Source of the DNA: Octopus sinensis
Taxonomy: Eukaryota
NCBI RefSeq assembly: GCF_006345805.1
Contig: NC_042999.1
Location: forward strand, 143,220,001 to 143,284,000
DNA length: 64,000 nt
Reading direction: 5' to 3'
Below, piece by piece: positions 40,826 through 55,232 of the stretch. Below the pieces are notes generated by a model, which worked only from the letters and a program-made list of their open reading frames with translations, was not told where the DNA came from and did no database searches. The position numbers and the translations under genes are program-made. How positions within the stretch are numbered: position 1 is the stretch's first letter; every line of letters starts with the position of its first letter.

Positions 40826-41221
40826 TGAACGTGTGGAACACCTTCAATCATATGTTCGCTCGATTTGGGTTGATCTGACGCTAACCAACCACTGTTTCAA
40901 TTGTTAATTATAAGTAGACGTTATATGAAGAACAATATGGCATGAATGATGAAAAAAAAAAAGTTTCCAAAAATAAAATAAAAGAAAAGAACGAACATAA
41001 AAATGTTTTTGAAATTTATAAAAAGAATAATATTTATGATATATATAAAAGGTGAATAGCTGTGAAGGTACGTTGCAGAAGCACATGCCAATTCCGCTTG
41101 TATTATGTGTTTGTATAACCGTGCCACAAGACAGAAAAACAGTACGGGATGGCCGGTCAAACTAGAAGACAATAAGATCTAGTCAGAAGAAAAAACGCAC
41201 AAGTACAGACATTCAGACTCA

Positions 41222-41261
<40 letters not shown>

Positions 41262-41784
41262 ACACACACAGACACACACACACAACACACACACACACAG
41301 ATACTCACAAACAGTCGGATAGGTAGGCTGATGGAAATGATTGACACTACCAACCAAAACAGCAAGAAAGATAAATTCGTGACCTTGACCAGATTGGCTT
41401 TATGCCGTATATATTACTGTGTTGGAAAGGAAACACCAATGAAAATAATAACCATTTCTAAATTATTTTATGAATAACTAAATATAATAACTAAATATAA
41501 TTATTGGTGTTGTTGATATGATTTTGGGTCTGTCATTACATTGCAAAGTGGACTTGATATAACTGAAATTAGTGACAGTAAAAGTTTAACTAGAAGTTTT
41601 CTAATTATCGCGCGCACAAACACGCACACGCAGTCACGACACGTGACTTCGAAATTTGGTGACAGAAATTCAGGAGTTCCTATGTTTGTAACAGCCACAG
41701 CGCTACGCATTTCCTGGGAGGAGTTTTTAGATAATTATATCAACTCCAGAAAGTTGAAAAACTAAATAAAACCACAGCGAATAA

Positions 41785-41915
41785 TAATCCTTTCTACCAA
41801 AGGCACAAGACCTAAAACCTTTGAGGAGAGACTAGTCGATTATATCAACCCCAGTGTTTCACTGGTACTTAATTTATCGACCCCGAAAGGATGAAAGGCA
41901 AATGTGAACTTGGCG
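41785..41915 (-). mobile_element. SINE family A, 5'-truncated copy
   Basis: CTGGTACTTAATTTATCGACCCCGAAAGGATGAAAGGCAAA matches the family A body in reverse. Confidence 0.75.
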
Positions 41916-41974
41916 ACCGGTGGAAATAAAACGTTTTAAGAATGTTTTTATTCCTGCGATGCTCATCTTTCCTT

Positions 41975-42190
41975 TTATCTTTTACTCCTTTTTGTCACTG
42001 GATTGCGGCCATGCTGGGACTTAGCCTTTAAGTGCTTAGTGGAATTAACAAACTCTAGTACTTATTCTATCGATCATTTTTGCTGAACTGCTAGTTTACA
42101 GATACGTAAACAAACCAACACAGGCTAAGTAGTGGTGACCCCACACACACACGACGGGCTTCATTCAGCTTCCATCTACCAAATCCACTG
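41975..42190 (-). mobile_element. SINE family B, 3' part
   Basis: TGCGGCCATGCTGGGAC...TAGTACTTATTCTATCG...GACGGGCTTCATTCAG is the reverse complement of family B. Confidence 0.7.
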
Positions 42191-42811
42191 CAGCAGAAGA
42201 CCCAAGGTGATTCAGAACTCCCTAGCATTGTTTTCTTATGTTAAAAATTCCGATTATGTTTTCGACTTCATTCTAAAGTTAAAACTACTAAAGAATCATA
42301 ACACATTTTGTGACAAGCAGAATAATATGAATAAACGGAGCGAACCTATTACACACTCTTTCAATTTGGTTGCTATTTCTAGAAAGAAATAGCAACCAAA
42401 TCTTTCCCGAAGAAAGCTTTGTTTCCTATATATAGTATTGACATGTGAAGCAGTGTGTGTTTTGATGCAAGAATTTACCATAAATTCAAAGTTTTTAGCG
42501 GACACAGTGGGCGGATTTAAACTAGATTAAGTACATTGGATAATTTGTAAATAACTGTCTTTTATATAATCTTTACGTGGACTGAGATAAAAAATAAAAA
42601 TAGTCCGAATGGTTTCAATCCCTTTGGTGCATTTTATAATTGTTTACGGAAACACCATATTTATAGCCAGTTGAATTAGAAGTGATTAAATCGGAGAACC
42701 TGATTTGCATAGCTAATGTGTTACTGATAGTTCAATAAATTATAGACGTGTTAGGCAATGTGTATTTTAATGACATAATATACTTTGGAATAAATTTCTT
42801 CGTACACTTAC

Positions 42812-42955
42812 ATGTATGTATGTATGTATGTATGTATGTATGTATGTATGTATGTATGTATGTATGCATGCATGCATGCATGCATGCATGTATGTATGTA
42901 TGTATGTATGTATGTATGTATGTATGTATGTATGCATGCATGTATGTATGTATGT
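42812..42955. repeat. (TATG)n array downstream of the large exon
   Basis: Seen directly. Confidence 0.95.
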
Positions 42956-43581
42956 AAGCATGTACGCATGCTTGTTTTTTATGTATAAACATACAAACGT
43001 ATATGCATTCATGCATACATACATAGACACATAAATACACACACACGCACACACACGCACACACACGCACACACACAGACACACACACAAGTTAGATTAC
43101 TTTTATTGAGGATGGATGCATTTGTCAAAAATTTACCTAAGCTATACTGTTTATAGGTGCGATATGTGTGTGTGTGTGTGTGTGTGTGCGTGTGTGTGCG
43201 TGTGTGTGTGTGTGCGTGCGTGTGTGCGCGTGTGTGTGTGCGTGCGTGCGTGTGTGTGTATATATATATGTATATATGTATATATATATGTATATATATA
43301 TATGTTTATATATATATACACAGACACACATATATACATACATGCACACACACACACATGTATGTATAAATATATACATATAAAGCTCATATATACATGT
43401 ATGGGTAATTAGATATATAACAGTATACTTATATACAAATAGGAGCTCCCGTCGATCTCACCGGTCTAGGAGAGCCCTCGGTGACCATAGATTCAACTCC
43501 TTCATCCAGACCAAACGACTAACAGTAAAACATAAATACTGAAGTTATACAACGAAACCGAAAATAAATCTGAGTTCTTAC

Positions 43582-44287
43582 CGTATTGGTGTTTACATCG
43601 GTTGGTGACATACATTCATGGTATCCACTGTCTGGAGACTGGAGGCTGTTGCCATAGATAGTCTGTGAATACACTGTCTGGTCGCTGAAGTAATGTGCCG
43701 GTTGCATCAATAGGCGGTTCATGATGTCCCTGCTGTCGTACGGTGACCCTTGACCGCTACCATCCATTGTGCCACGACCGAAAAAGTTATTAAAGTAAGT
43801 TTCATTGCCTTGGTAACTATTGTTTAGTCCGGCTGCGCGTTGTTGTTGTTGTTGCAATTGGAGATTGTGAGTAGCTGCAGCGTGATGCTGTTGTTGTTGC
43901 TGCTGTTGCTGCACTTGCACTGGCTGCAGTACCTGTAAGCATTGACCCTGTGAATTGGTGATCAGACCGCCGTTGACAGCAGACGCGTTTCCGTTGACGA
44001 CATTTCCACCTACTCCGCCACCGCCTCCACCTCCATCATTCCCGCCACCACCTGTGTCTACACTTCCGGGTGGAGTCGATGCGGTGGTCATCAGTGCTGT
44101 TGAACTGACCGGTGGCAGCGAGTTCAAGCGGTGGGGATCGAATGCCGCCGCGAGGTCGGCGCAGCTACTGCTGCTACTACCGCCGCCTCCGAAGTCATCC
44201 AGAAAACTTTCCTGTTTCACATATTGGAGTCTGCCAGTGTGGTCAAGAGCATCCAAGTTGTACAACTGACTGACCTGTTGCTGCTGC

Positions 44288-44325
<38 letters not shown>

Positions 44326-46163
44326 CTGCTGTTGTTGTTGTTGCTGTTGATGTTGTTGTTGTTGTTGGCGATGGTGTTGGTTGTGGTGTTGGGTGTCGTC
44401 GACGCCATGCTGGTGCAAAGATCCGTCGACCATCACCATGTTGGGATGGGGATCGGAGAGAACAGAAATGGAGCCGTTATGCACTTGGAAGTGATGAGAT
44501 GATTCCAGAGGGTTCACCGGCGATGCGGCCGCAATAACTGCCGAGAACAAATTCCCACAATTGTTGCTTTCACCTGCGACCCTCTCTTCCTCGTTGTTGT
44601 TCTTGTTGTTTCGGTGGTGAAGGTTGTGGTTGTTGTAGCTGTCGTTATTATGATTGTTGTTATTATTGTTATTATTAGGGTTGTTAGTATTACTACTGTG
44701 ACTGTCGTCTATGGAGACGCTGACGATCGGAGCGATGATTCTGTTGTTGTTGTGGTTATTATTATTGCTGCCGCTGATGTTGTTGATGTTAAGGCTAATG
44801 TTGTTGTTACTATTTCCGATTGCAGCGGCCACACTAGTCGAATTCGGTGAACAGGGATTTCGAGAAGTCGATGTTAATGTTGTAGAACAAGTCGAAGAAG
44901 GAATAGAATTCAAGGCGGGGGTGGAGACGGGAGAGGAAGAAGAAGAAAGCGGGCAGGCAGAAGACGTAGAGACAGAAGTTGAGGGAATGGAAGAAGAGAC
45001 AGACGGAGGAGGAAGGGGAGAAGACGGAGAGGTCGAGGTAGCAATAGTGGAAGATGTTGTAGTAGTAATAGAAGGAGGAGGAGGAGGAGGAGGAGGAGGA
45101 GGAGAAGGCGAAGAAGAAGTAGTTGTAGTGGTAGCGGTAGTAGTAGTAGTTGTAGTGGTGGTGATAGTAGTAGTAGAAGTAGAAGAAGACGAAGTAGATG
45201 AAGAAGGAGGAGAAGAAGAAAGAGGCGAAGTGTTAATATTGTCGTTCATTCGTTGACGGATTTTAGCGGAAAGAGCTTCTATTAATTCTTTGTTGGCACT
45301 AGGTGAACTGGACACGGCAATCGTATCGTCCAGCACCGACGGACAAGCCGTTTGTGAGAGGGAGTCACGGATTTTAGACAGTCGCGACTCGCTCGCTATA
45401 TCAGCGGTCGGAAGCAAAACTTCTATGTTATTATTGTTGTCGTTTTTGTTGCTGTCGTTGTTGTTGTTGTTGTTGTTGTTAGTGGTGGTAGTGGTGATAG
45501 TGGTGGAGTTGGTAGTAGTAGTAATCGGAGTAATTGTTTTCGATCTTTCGGCACTAGTATCATGGTTCACACCCACCGTAACATCATGACAACTGCCATT
45601 GCTGGCACTAATAGCTCCTAGTCCCTGGGTAGCTGTTTCCGATAAGGGTGGCGGCGATGTAGTCGTGTTAACAGATTCCAAACGTATCGAATCTAGTAAA
45701 TTACTGTCTAATTGTTGCTGATGTTGTTGCTGTTGTTGATGGTGAGGATTATGATGTTGATGGTGATGATTGATTTGTTGTTGAAGTATCAAACTTTGCT
45801 GTCGGTCTAATTGTACTTGGCTGTTGTTATTGTCGCTGTTCGTGGGGTCGCCCTCGTATAAAAGGCCGGTTGATTCGTGTAAAGGAATCGTCAGTGCTGC
45901 TACTGACTTCTCCACGTCTAGCCCACCGGCCGTTCTATCCTCGTAAGCATGGTTTTGTCTCCCCACCAAAATTTCCTGCCTGTCGCAGGTAGTATTCTCG
46001 CTCTGGGTGTTGTTACAGTTGCTACTACTGCTGCTGCTGCTGCTGCTACTATTAATGATATTGTTATTGTTGCTGCTGATGTTGCTGTTGTTGCTACTGT
46101 TGGCGACCAGATCAGTGGGGCGTGTCTTACCGGGATTGAATGGCAACACATTTTCCGCCTCTG

Positions 46164-46197
<34 letters not shown>

Positions 46198-46419
46198 TCT
46201 GTCAACAGCGACAGCAGAGCCACTATTAACCCCGCCGTTGACTGTTTTCTCTAGAGGAACGGGAACATTTTCTGCAGGGTTACTCAGATGACCGGCGATT
46301 GCATAGAGTTTGGGAAAATCTACAGGTATCGTATGACCAAGGTCCGGATTCTGAACTGGTGTTGGATTCTGAGTTGTCCCAAGGGAATTCCTTATGTTTT
46401 CTACTTGACTGTTGCAGAT
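43582..46419 (-). CDS. Large internal coding exon (946 codons) of an unidentified low-complexity, Q/N/T/S/P-rich protein, probably a transcriptional regulator
   Basis: Stop-free frame within the 43519..46785 ORF. Acceptor TTCTCTGTCTTTCTTTCGCAG|ATC at 46420/46419; donor ACG|GTAAGA at 43582/43581; both phase 0. Complex unique segments ([14 protein letters not shown]..., [17 protein letters not shown], ...[28 protein letters not shown]) alternate with homopolymer runs. GC content is visibly higher than in the flanks. Confidence 0.88.
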
Positions 46420-46437
46420 CTGCGAAAGAAAGACAGA

Positions 46438-46438
<1 letters not shown>

Positions 46439-46489
<51 letters not shown>

Positions 46490-46491
46490 TA

Positions 46492-46522
<31 letters not shown>

Positions 46523-46577
46523 ATATATATATAGATATACATATATATACATACATAAATATATATGTTTATATATA

Positions 46578-46622
<45 letters not shown>

Positions 46623-46635
46623 ATATATAATATAT

Positions 46636-46687
<52 letters not shown>

Positions 46688-46770
46688 ATATATATATGTA
46701 TAAGTATATAAATATATATATATAAGTATAAGTATATAAATATATATATATATGTATGTATGTATGTAAA
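46439..46770. repeat. (AT)n array abutting the acceptor of the large exon
   Basis: Seen directly; translates as (YI)n in the 1088-aa ORF. Confidence 0.95.
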
Positions 46771-46899
46771 ATTACTACATTGCATTTAGTATACGAAAGC
46801 CTTGAAGGGTGTAACATTTGTATTTAGCATGCAGCACGTTCCCTTCGAGGCATTTTTCCTCAGCCAATATCAGCAATATCATCAATTAGTGACTACTAG

Positions 46900-46955
<56 letters not shown>

Positions 46956-47384
46956 TCAAATGTTGAAACGGCGAACTTCAAGATTACAAAATAAATTGTT
47001 TAAAACATTGTCATGTGTGCTTTGCATAGTGTGTATGTGCGAGCGTGTGTGTTGTGTGTATGTTGCGTGTGTGTGGTGTGTGTGTGTTTGTGTGTGTGTG
47101 TTGTGTGTGTGTGTGTGTGTTGTGTGTGTGTGTGTGTGTGTCTGCGTGCACGTGTGCCTGTGTGTATAAATCAATCAAATTGACTTGGCACTCGGCCGTA
47201 TCTGGTTTACATCACCAGTATTGTTTGATGCAGCAATATGAATCTATATGCAGTTGCAGGTATACACATAAAACAGTAGGTGTGTGTGTGTGTTTATTAT
47301 TTGATCATAAGGAAACTGTGAATATATATACATATATATATATATATATGTATGTATATGTAAATACATGCATTCATTCATTCA

Positions 47385-47397
47385 TGCATACATACAT

Positions 47398-47449
<52 letters not shown>

Positions 47450-47590
47450 TATACACACACACACATACACACATATATATATGTATGTATGTATTTATAA
47501 GTATTTGTATATACATACACACACACATACATACATACATACATACATACATACATACATACATACATACATACATACATACATACACAT
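47385..47590. repeat. (CATA)n/(CA)n compound array
   Basis: Seen directly. Confidence 0.9.
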
Positions 47591-48840
47591 AGACACCTAA
47601 ATTTACTTTAGATTATGTGAAATTCATTAATGAAATAATACACACACGTAGATTATAAAATGAATTTATAGTTGTTTAAATCCAAGTTAACTCTGATTGA
47701 TCTTATTTGTGACCAAATACATTCCCGTCCAGTCCATGCTATCATTTTAAGGACATTCATGAAATAGTATTTAATGTGTTTTTAAAGACGGTGAGATCTT
47801 ATTTTCTGGGAGATTCAATATCTGTTTTTGGCAAGAGGTTCTGCCAAATAGAAAATTCCTTCCAGTGACCGAAATAGTAAATACAATATATGAATCTGTC
47901 TCAAATTAGTAGCATGATACCGTTGTATAAGGAGGACATAGTCAAATGATAAAACATATTTAAAGGTGAGTCACTGCTAATACAGTTTGGCACTATTTCT
48001 ACACAGCTTTCTAATTTTCTGTACGATTTATTGCCACAGTATACTGTCATTTAAATACATGATATTATGACATGGAGAGTTGGACGTTTGTCGTTCAAAC
48101 CCTTCTTGAATGAATTAACAGAGAACATGAAATGAAGATTAGACAAGGGAAATCAAAATATCCCAGATTCAACTCGTCAAGGAAATCATTTCATACTTTT
48201 TATCAGACGTACCAAAATCAAAGTTAACCAAGACAGGATTTGAACTCGTATATGCGAAACATCAAACAATATATAAAGTTTCAATCAACCCGATTTTCCT
48301 CGTTCTAACTAATACAAAAATGTCCTGGACCTAGAGTTATTGGATAAAATAGGCTATTCGGGTTTTCATACTTATTGCAGTACTTTAAAGCAAGTCCATA
48401 TAACATAATTATATATATGATTGATTAGTAAATCTATAATTAATCAATATATATTCAGTTTGCTAGGATGGCGACCATGAGCTATTTTAAGTGAGAAATA
48501 AGAAACATAACCTACATACATACATACATACATACATACATACATGCATGCATACATACATACATAATGCATGCATACATACATACATACATACATACAT
48601 ACATACATACATACACACATGCATATTACATACAGATACAGACCACAAATACATACACACACAATATTTGTGTATATATCCACTGCAGTCGTGTTTGTGT
48701 GTGTGCGTGAGGGTGTTTGTGTTTGTGAAAAGAGACTAAGAGATAGATAAATTGGCTGATAGGTAGATATAGAAACAGGAAAAGAAAGAGAAAGGAAGAG
48801 AGAAAGAACGATGGAAAAGCGGAAGACAAAAGAGAGAGGA

Positions 48841-48920
<80 letters not shown>

Positions 48921-49362
48921 GGAGAGAGAGAGAGAGGAATTGAATAGTGTTACAGAAAAAAATAATGAGAATGAAATGGATTCAATCCAACTCGGAGTTC
49001 ACTCCCCTGAGAATTGCAGATCTGAAATTAAAAGCCACAAAAAAGAAATCCCTCCATCCCTTCACCACCACATTGTTTCTCAGGACAAAGCAAAAGTTAT
49101 CAACAAACATTCTCAAAGGTTTTATTTTGTATTTTTAACTCCCATTTCGATCAAATTCTTTTTAAGGATCATAGCAGCAACAGCAACAGCAAAACAACAA
49201 CAACAACAACAACATCAATATCTACGAAAGCAGCAACAAAAATAACTAAAAGTTTTGTCGGTGACAATGATGAGGTCGAAGATGGTGAGAGGGAGAAGAG
49301 GTGTAGGTGTAGCTTGGAGGTATACAGAATGTGCATGGGATGTTTTGACAGTTATATCTTCC

Positions 49363-49405
<43 letters not shown>

Positions 49406-51230
49406 ACTACTACTACTACTACTACTACTGCTGCTGCTGATGCTACCGCTGTCGCTACTATTAAAATCTATTAACTGACACCTCAGATTAAAAAAAAAAA
49501 ATTTAATCTACATTCTCTCAAACGTTTTTTTTCTGCGACTGCATTTTCTAATATGTCCTTATTCCTCTTTATTTCATCAGCAAGATTTGAGGGAGACCTG
49601 ACGGTTGCTATTTCTAACTTGTCGAACTGCTGTATAGAAGCTCGTTCTTTATGGATTGAATCTTTGATTGTACCTCGTCGTCCGAGTGAATGCCTCCGCG
49701 CTATTTAGGAGGTAAACGACAACATCTACAATGATGACAACAACAACAACAACAACAACAACAACATTAGCAGCAGCAACAATAACAGCAACAACAACAA
49801 CAGGTTAACAATTTGTCTTGTGTCTTAAGCATCACCGCCGGGCCCATGGGTGCTTTCAGTAAAGTTCATTCTGTTGCAACATTTGGGCCAGATCGCCTGT
49901 CTGAAGATAACTTGCTCACCTTTCTATTGCCAGTCCTAGAAGCCTCAAAGAAAGACTTCTTTACTCCCCATTAAAGATAAACAAATAAATAAATAAAAAA
50001 AATCTTTCGCCGCTATTTCACTACTGTTTGTAGTGGTAATTATGTTTGTTTTTAGACACATCACACAATGAATCTTCCAACCATGACCACCTCATCTTTT
50101 GAGAATTAAATAAGACTACATTATCCTTTCTCAAGCCAGCAAGCAGAGTAGTATTCGAGGAAGATTTGGCTACTTTTTCTGCCAAATCCTGTGATTTTAT
50201 TTTTATGTAGATATATACAGAATTGAGAGAGAAAGAAAGCAAGAGAAAGGAGCAAAGACAAAATGTGTATAAATACGTAAATTACACAAAAAGAACCATA
50301 AAAATATAAATGTAAAAGTAAATTGAATGCGAAGGGAAATAATCAGCAACAGTTGGTATTTATTTTAAGGGAGGTAACTTTGGTCTCGATTATCATCGAA
50401 GTGTAGACGTAAAGTGGAGAATATTTGATCAGATTTCTTTACACGCCCTCTTGGAGTGAGAAATTGGTTGAGTCAACTGTTAATCGAACGACGTACACTC
50501 TGAGTATACATATGTCTAACCGCTCGGCGGGTCTGTCTATTTAGCAGTATAGACAGTATAAAAGGCACGAACACTGCATGATAAACGAATATTTCGTAAG
50601 TTTGCCGGTTCCAAGTCCCATTATGTGACTGGAGACGGTTAAATCTAAGACAAAATTCGCCATTTGCCCCAGAGATCTTTGTAATTACATCCCGTTCCAC
50701 GTTTTAGTTACATACGTATATTTAACAATACAGCTTACGTTACATTCATCAAGCGCATGTTTCCAATACTAGTTAGATATCTCAAACAACTATTAGGCTA
50801 TTTAATGCAGTATTTGTCCCGAGATAACATCCCTTATGGTTTCAATGAATTAAAAAAACAAATTTTAGAAAGATACAAAAAGTCGTCTCAGCAGCGATAA
50901 CTGAAGCTTCGTAGATTGTTACCTTAAGTTTCTCGTTTCCGAACTTTCACATGATTATGAAAATTTGAACAAAAACAATATTTAATGAGCATGTTGAGGA
51001 GATATTTGAATATGATGGTAAACATTAAATGAATAAAATAGAACAAAAGGATTTTATTGGTTAACAGCATAAAAGTTATTTGAAAAATCTCAGTATACAT
51101 ACATACATACATACGTACACGCACGCACACACACGCACACACACACATATATATGTATATGTATATGTATATATATATATATATGTATATTTATATATAT
51201 ATAAATATACATACACACACACACACACAC

Positions 51231-51335
<105 letters not shown>

Positions 51336-51834
51336 GCATGTATGTATACGGATTACACACACAGAGACACATGTGTATGTGTGTGTATATTTGCATACGG
51401 GCCATACGTACCTACATGCATGTATGGTACATAAGCAGACACTTATTTACACGTACACACATACACATACATAGACACACGCACCCCGCAAACACAAAAG
51501 ATACAATCTTTGTAACGTAGTTGTGTACAGTTTCCTGGATTTAATAACCATATCGTTTATATGTAGCGTTGCGTATATAATTACAGTAGCCCTCAGGTAA
51601 AATTAAGACTACAGAGAAGAATCTTAATAATTGGCTTAAGATAAGGAAACAATTTATTCCTAACCACGTCTTCCTGTCAGATTTATTCTGCCAAATAACC
51701 ACTGAATGATGACATTCAACTCCATCATTCTAGGATTTAGATTTCCTCATATTTCTTCCTTACATTTCCACCGCCCGCATTCTTTCTTACTTTTATCATC
51801 AGTGTTGTTGTAGCAGTTGTTGTTGTTGTTGTTG

Positions 51835-51893
<59 letters not shown>

Positions 51894-51949
51894 TGTGTTT
51901 ATATACCTGTGCACATCTGTACATCTTTATACCTAGATTTGAAATGGCA

Positions 51950-52106
51950 TGTATGTATGTATGTATGTATGTATGTATGTATGTATGTATGTATGTATGT
52001 ATGTATGTATGTATGTATGTATGTATGTATGTATGTATGTATGTATGTATGTATGTATGTATGTATGTATGTATGTATGTATGTATTTATGTATGTATGT
52101 ATGTAC

Positions 52107-52137
<31 letters not shown>

Positions 52138-52160
52138 TGTATGTATGTACGTATGTATGT
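51950..52160. repeat. (TATG)n array
   Basis: Seen directly. Confidence 0.95.
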
Positions 52161-52446
52161 GTCATATATATGTTAAGTATGTGCGAATATATGTGTGTAT
52201 GTGCGTGCGTGTGCGTGTGTGCGCGGGCACAACTTCATGCATTTTTTATGTATTTGAATGCTATTGCGTAGTGTTGTAATGTTTGAAGCATTGTTGCTCT
52301 TAAAATTATTACGGCTTTTGATACATGATCAAAGTGCAATAGTAATAATAATAATAACAATAATAATAATTTCTTTCTCTCATTGTTATTATTGTTTTAA
52401 CATATGGATACATGTGGATATGTATCTCTAATTACTAAAATAACAA

Positions 52447-52478
<32 letters not shown>

Positions 52479-52493
52479 CATGTGTGTGTGTGT

Positions 52494-52539
<46 letters not shown>

Positions 52540-55119
52540 ACGCTTTGACCTTCATCTTCAAAAACAATTCAACAGGCAATTCTACCCCGACATCTTTCAC
52601 AATGGAATGTGTAAGTGATGGAGTGAGCATGGTTTCATTCAGTCGACTTATCATTCTCCTTTACTTTTGTTTTCTACCCGATGGTAGAATAGAATATTCT
52701 TTCTAAAGTTAATTATCTAATAGTATTTAATATCTGCTAAAAGACACGTATTCGATATCATATGTATAAAATCTGCTAAAGATAACTATTCGATATCATA
52801 TGTATGTAAAAGTAGAGTCATTTGTAGCGGCACATTTCGATATTTATACGTATATTTCAAGCATGCAGCTAATAAACAATCGTATTTACGCTATTTACGA
52901 GATAAAGTCAAAGTTGGGCATAAACTACATTTAAACGTTGGAAATTAAATTAAGATTCAGCTGCAAAATGTTGTTTACAATACACCATTACTGAGAGCAG
53001 AATGTTATTTGAAGTTTGATGGACGAAGTGAAAACTGACACCCCTCCTGATGGTATTGTAGTTATGTTGAACTCCTGTCTTCTTGTATTAGAGTTCCCTC
53101 TTTCTACTGTAATACTTTTAGGTCTTAATGACAATTGTTCGCTGTTATGGGAAGCTATATATTTTCTTCACATTTGGATTACATCTATATATATAATCAA
53201 AACTGGTTAGAAATTATTTCACAGTTTGAGGAGCATGAAAAACTTCAGGAGCGGTCAAACTTTGATTCCCAGAGACTTAGTTTGAAGAAACAGTCGCTCG
53301 CAATAACATTGATTCCTTCAATGATGAAAACGGTCTATACAATCATAGTTCAATGATTATATGTTGCTCTGTCAAGTACACAGATTGTTTTCTGTATAGT
53401 GACAATGTATAAAAAAACTCACCAACATTTTGCAGACCGAAGTTTTCTAAAATTCATTTTTTGTATGAAAATTTATTTCCAGAGAAGGGAAATTTTAGAA
53501 GTTCTAATGTTAAGCTTTTCTCAAAGACATTAGCGTCGTAGAAGAACTGAAATAAAGAATCAAATTAGGGTAGTAGACTCATCTTACTCAAAGCTTTGCC
53601 TTATATTATCAAAAGAGGGGAGACTGAATGGTATACATGATTTTCTCCATTTGGGGTTGGTTGAAGCGAAATGGTCACTATATTGCTGATTTCTCTTCCT
53701 TCTTTCGTATCTAGTAAGTTCCTGCGTTGAGTTAAAATTTTTTAACTATTGTCCGAATGAAATTTTATTTTAACCAGTTCGAATTCTTTAAAAACCTCTT
53801 TAGAGGAACTTCTTCATTACTTAGTTACTGATTTTCTCTATGTCTTCCGTAATCTATCTGCTTTTTATTTATTAGCAAGAGTAACACGAATAAGCAGTGT
53901 TATATAACAAGAAATATTTTTACCCAATAATCAGGAGATATTTAAAGGTTAAAAACAAATGCAATTTATTTTTTTTACGTATATCAATACGTGAAAGAAG
54001 CTGTGTTCTTTTACCTAAGTCTTCCAATGTACCTAAGTGTGTGAAAGTGAGTTATTGCTTTTCAAGTAACTAATTACTTTCAATTTGAACCATTCCAACT
54101 CAGTTACACTGCATCATATTTCAGTCATATAATACATATAATACATAAGGTTATAGAATTTCAAAGATTCCTTTCTTCAAGTTTTCACTTGTGTTGCGAG
54201 TCTCGAAGACCCACTAAGAACCTTCCAGCAAATCAGCACCACTACACAGTTTAAAATTCCACTTAAAGTCAGTCGTACGTTTTAACAATGCATGAAATAG
54301 CAACATTCCTGTTAACTCTAGGGTCTATTTTTCTGAAGGAAAAGAAATAAACATCTTGTCAAATTTTATGTCGTTAATATTCTATAGAACGATATGAATT
54401 CCATAACATTCTACTTGAGCAGTCGCTGAAAATACAGGGTTTTAATGCCTGGATGAACGAACCAAATATTTCCCCTAACTAAAGCTTTTGGTTGATTGAG
54501 CCCGCAATTTGGTTTCGATTCCCAACTCCAGTTATGCTGCTAATTAATGTCCTTAGAAAAAGCACGAATGTCACAATCGTTTTTTTCTCGGCTTCTTTAG
54601 AAATTCAGGGGTAAATGTTTAGACAAAAAATAAATCAATAACCCAATAACCTTTATTCCATTAAACTGTTTACAGCAAAACTACAGCAAAAGCTAGGGTT
54701 ATAGCAACATCCGCATCAGCAAAGAAGTGAGCAATGCGTCGTTTCAAACCGTCAAAGATAGAAACAAAATTAAATACAATATGATGATCGGAAGCTGTTA
54801 CGGAAGGTTGTGTTTTTATACAATTAATTTAGAACAAACATACGACGGTGATATGGTGTCTTTGCACTGTACCCAGGTAATATAATGTCCGGCTTAACGA
54901 TGGAGACAGGATACAACGACGAGGAGATGGTGATGATGGGTGGTGGTAAGAATGAAAACTAGAGGTAGGGGTCATTTGTCATTAAAATTAAATAGCAGAT
55001 GAAAGAAAACACCCTAAAAAATATATATATACATAAGGTTAGAAGATAATGAATGAATAAGAAAGCATCGAAGGGCAGAAAAACAGCAAAACACAAGCAA
55101 GAAATCATTGTCATGAATT

Positions 55120-55232
55120 TAGTCTCCCTGTTGCTCCCTTAGCTCCCTGTTGCTCCTTGTTGCTCCCTTTGCTTCCTTTGCAGCCTTTGCTTCTTTTTCT
55201 CTCTTTGTCCCCTTTGTTCCCCTTTTGTCAAT
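55120..55232. repeat. Degenerate ~9-bp minisatellite (TTGCTCCCT)
   Basis: Repeated TTGCTCCCT/TTGCTTCCT/TTGTCCCCT units. Confidence 0.6.

Noticed and set aside
43955-46291. Plus-strand ORFs overlapping the large exon (poly-L/V/C/E)
   Set aside because: Antisense shadows of triplet repeats in the real minus-strand frame.
43582-46419. Assigning the gene as grainyhead, E93/LCoR or another named factor
   Set aside because: Only short motif resemblances; no complete diagnostic domain is visible in the window.
46420-46785. N-terminal 122 aa (YI repeats) of the 1088-aa ORF
   Set aside because: Translated (AT)n intron upstream of a clear acceptor. The last 20 aa (43519-43581) likewise lie past the donor.
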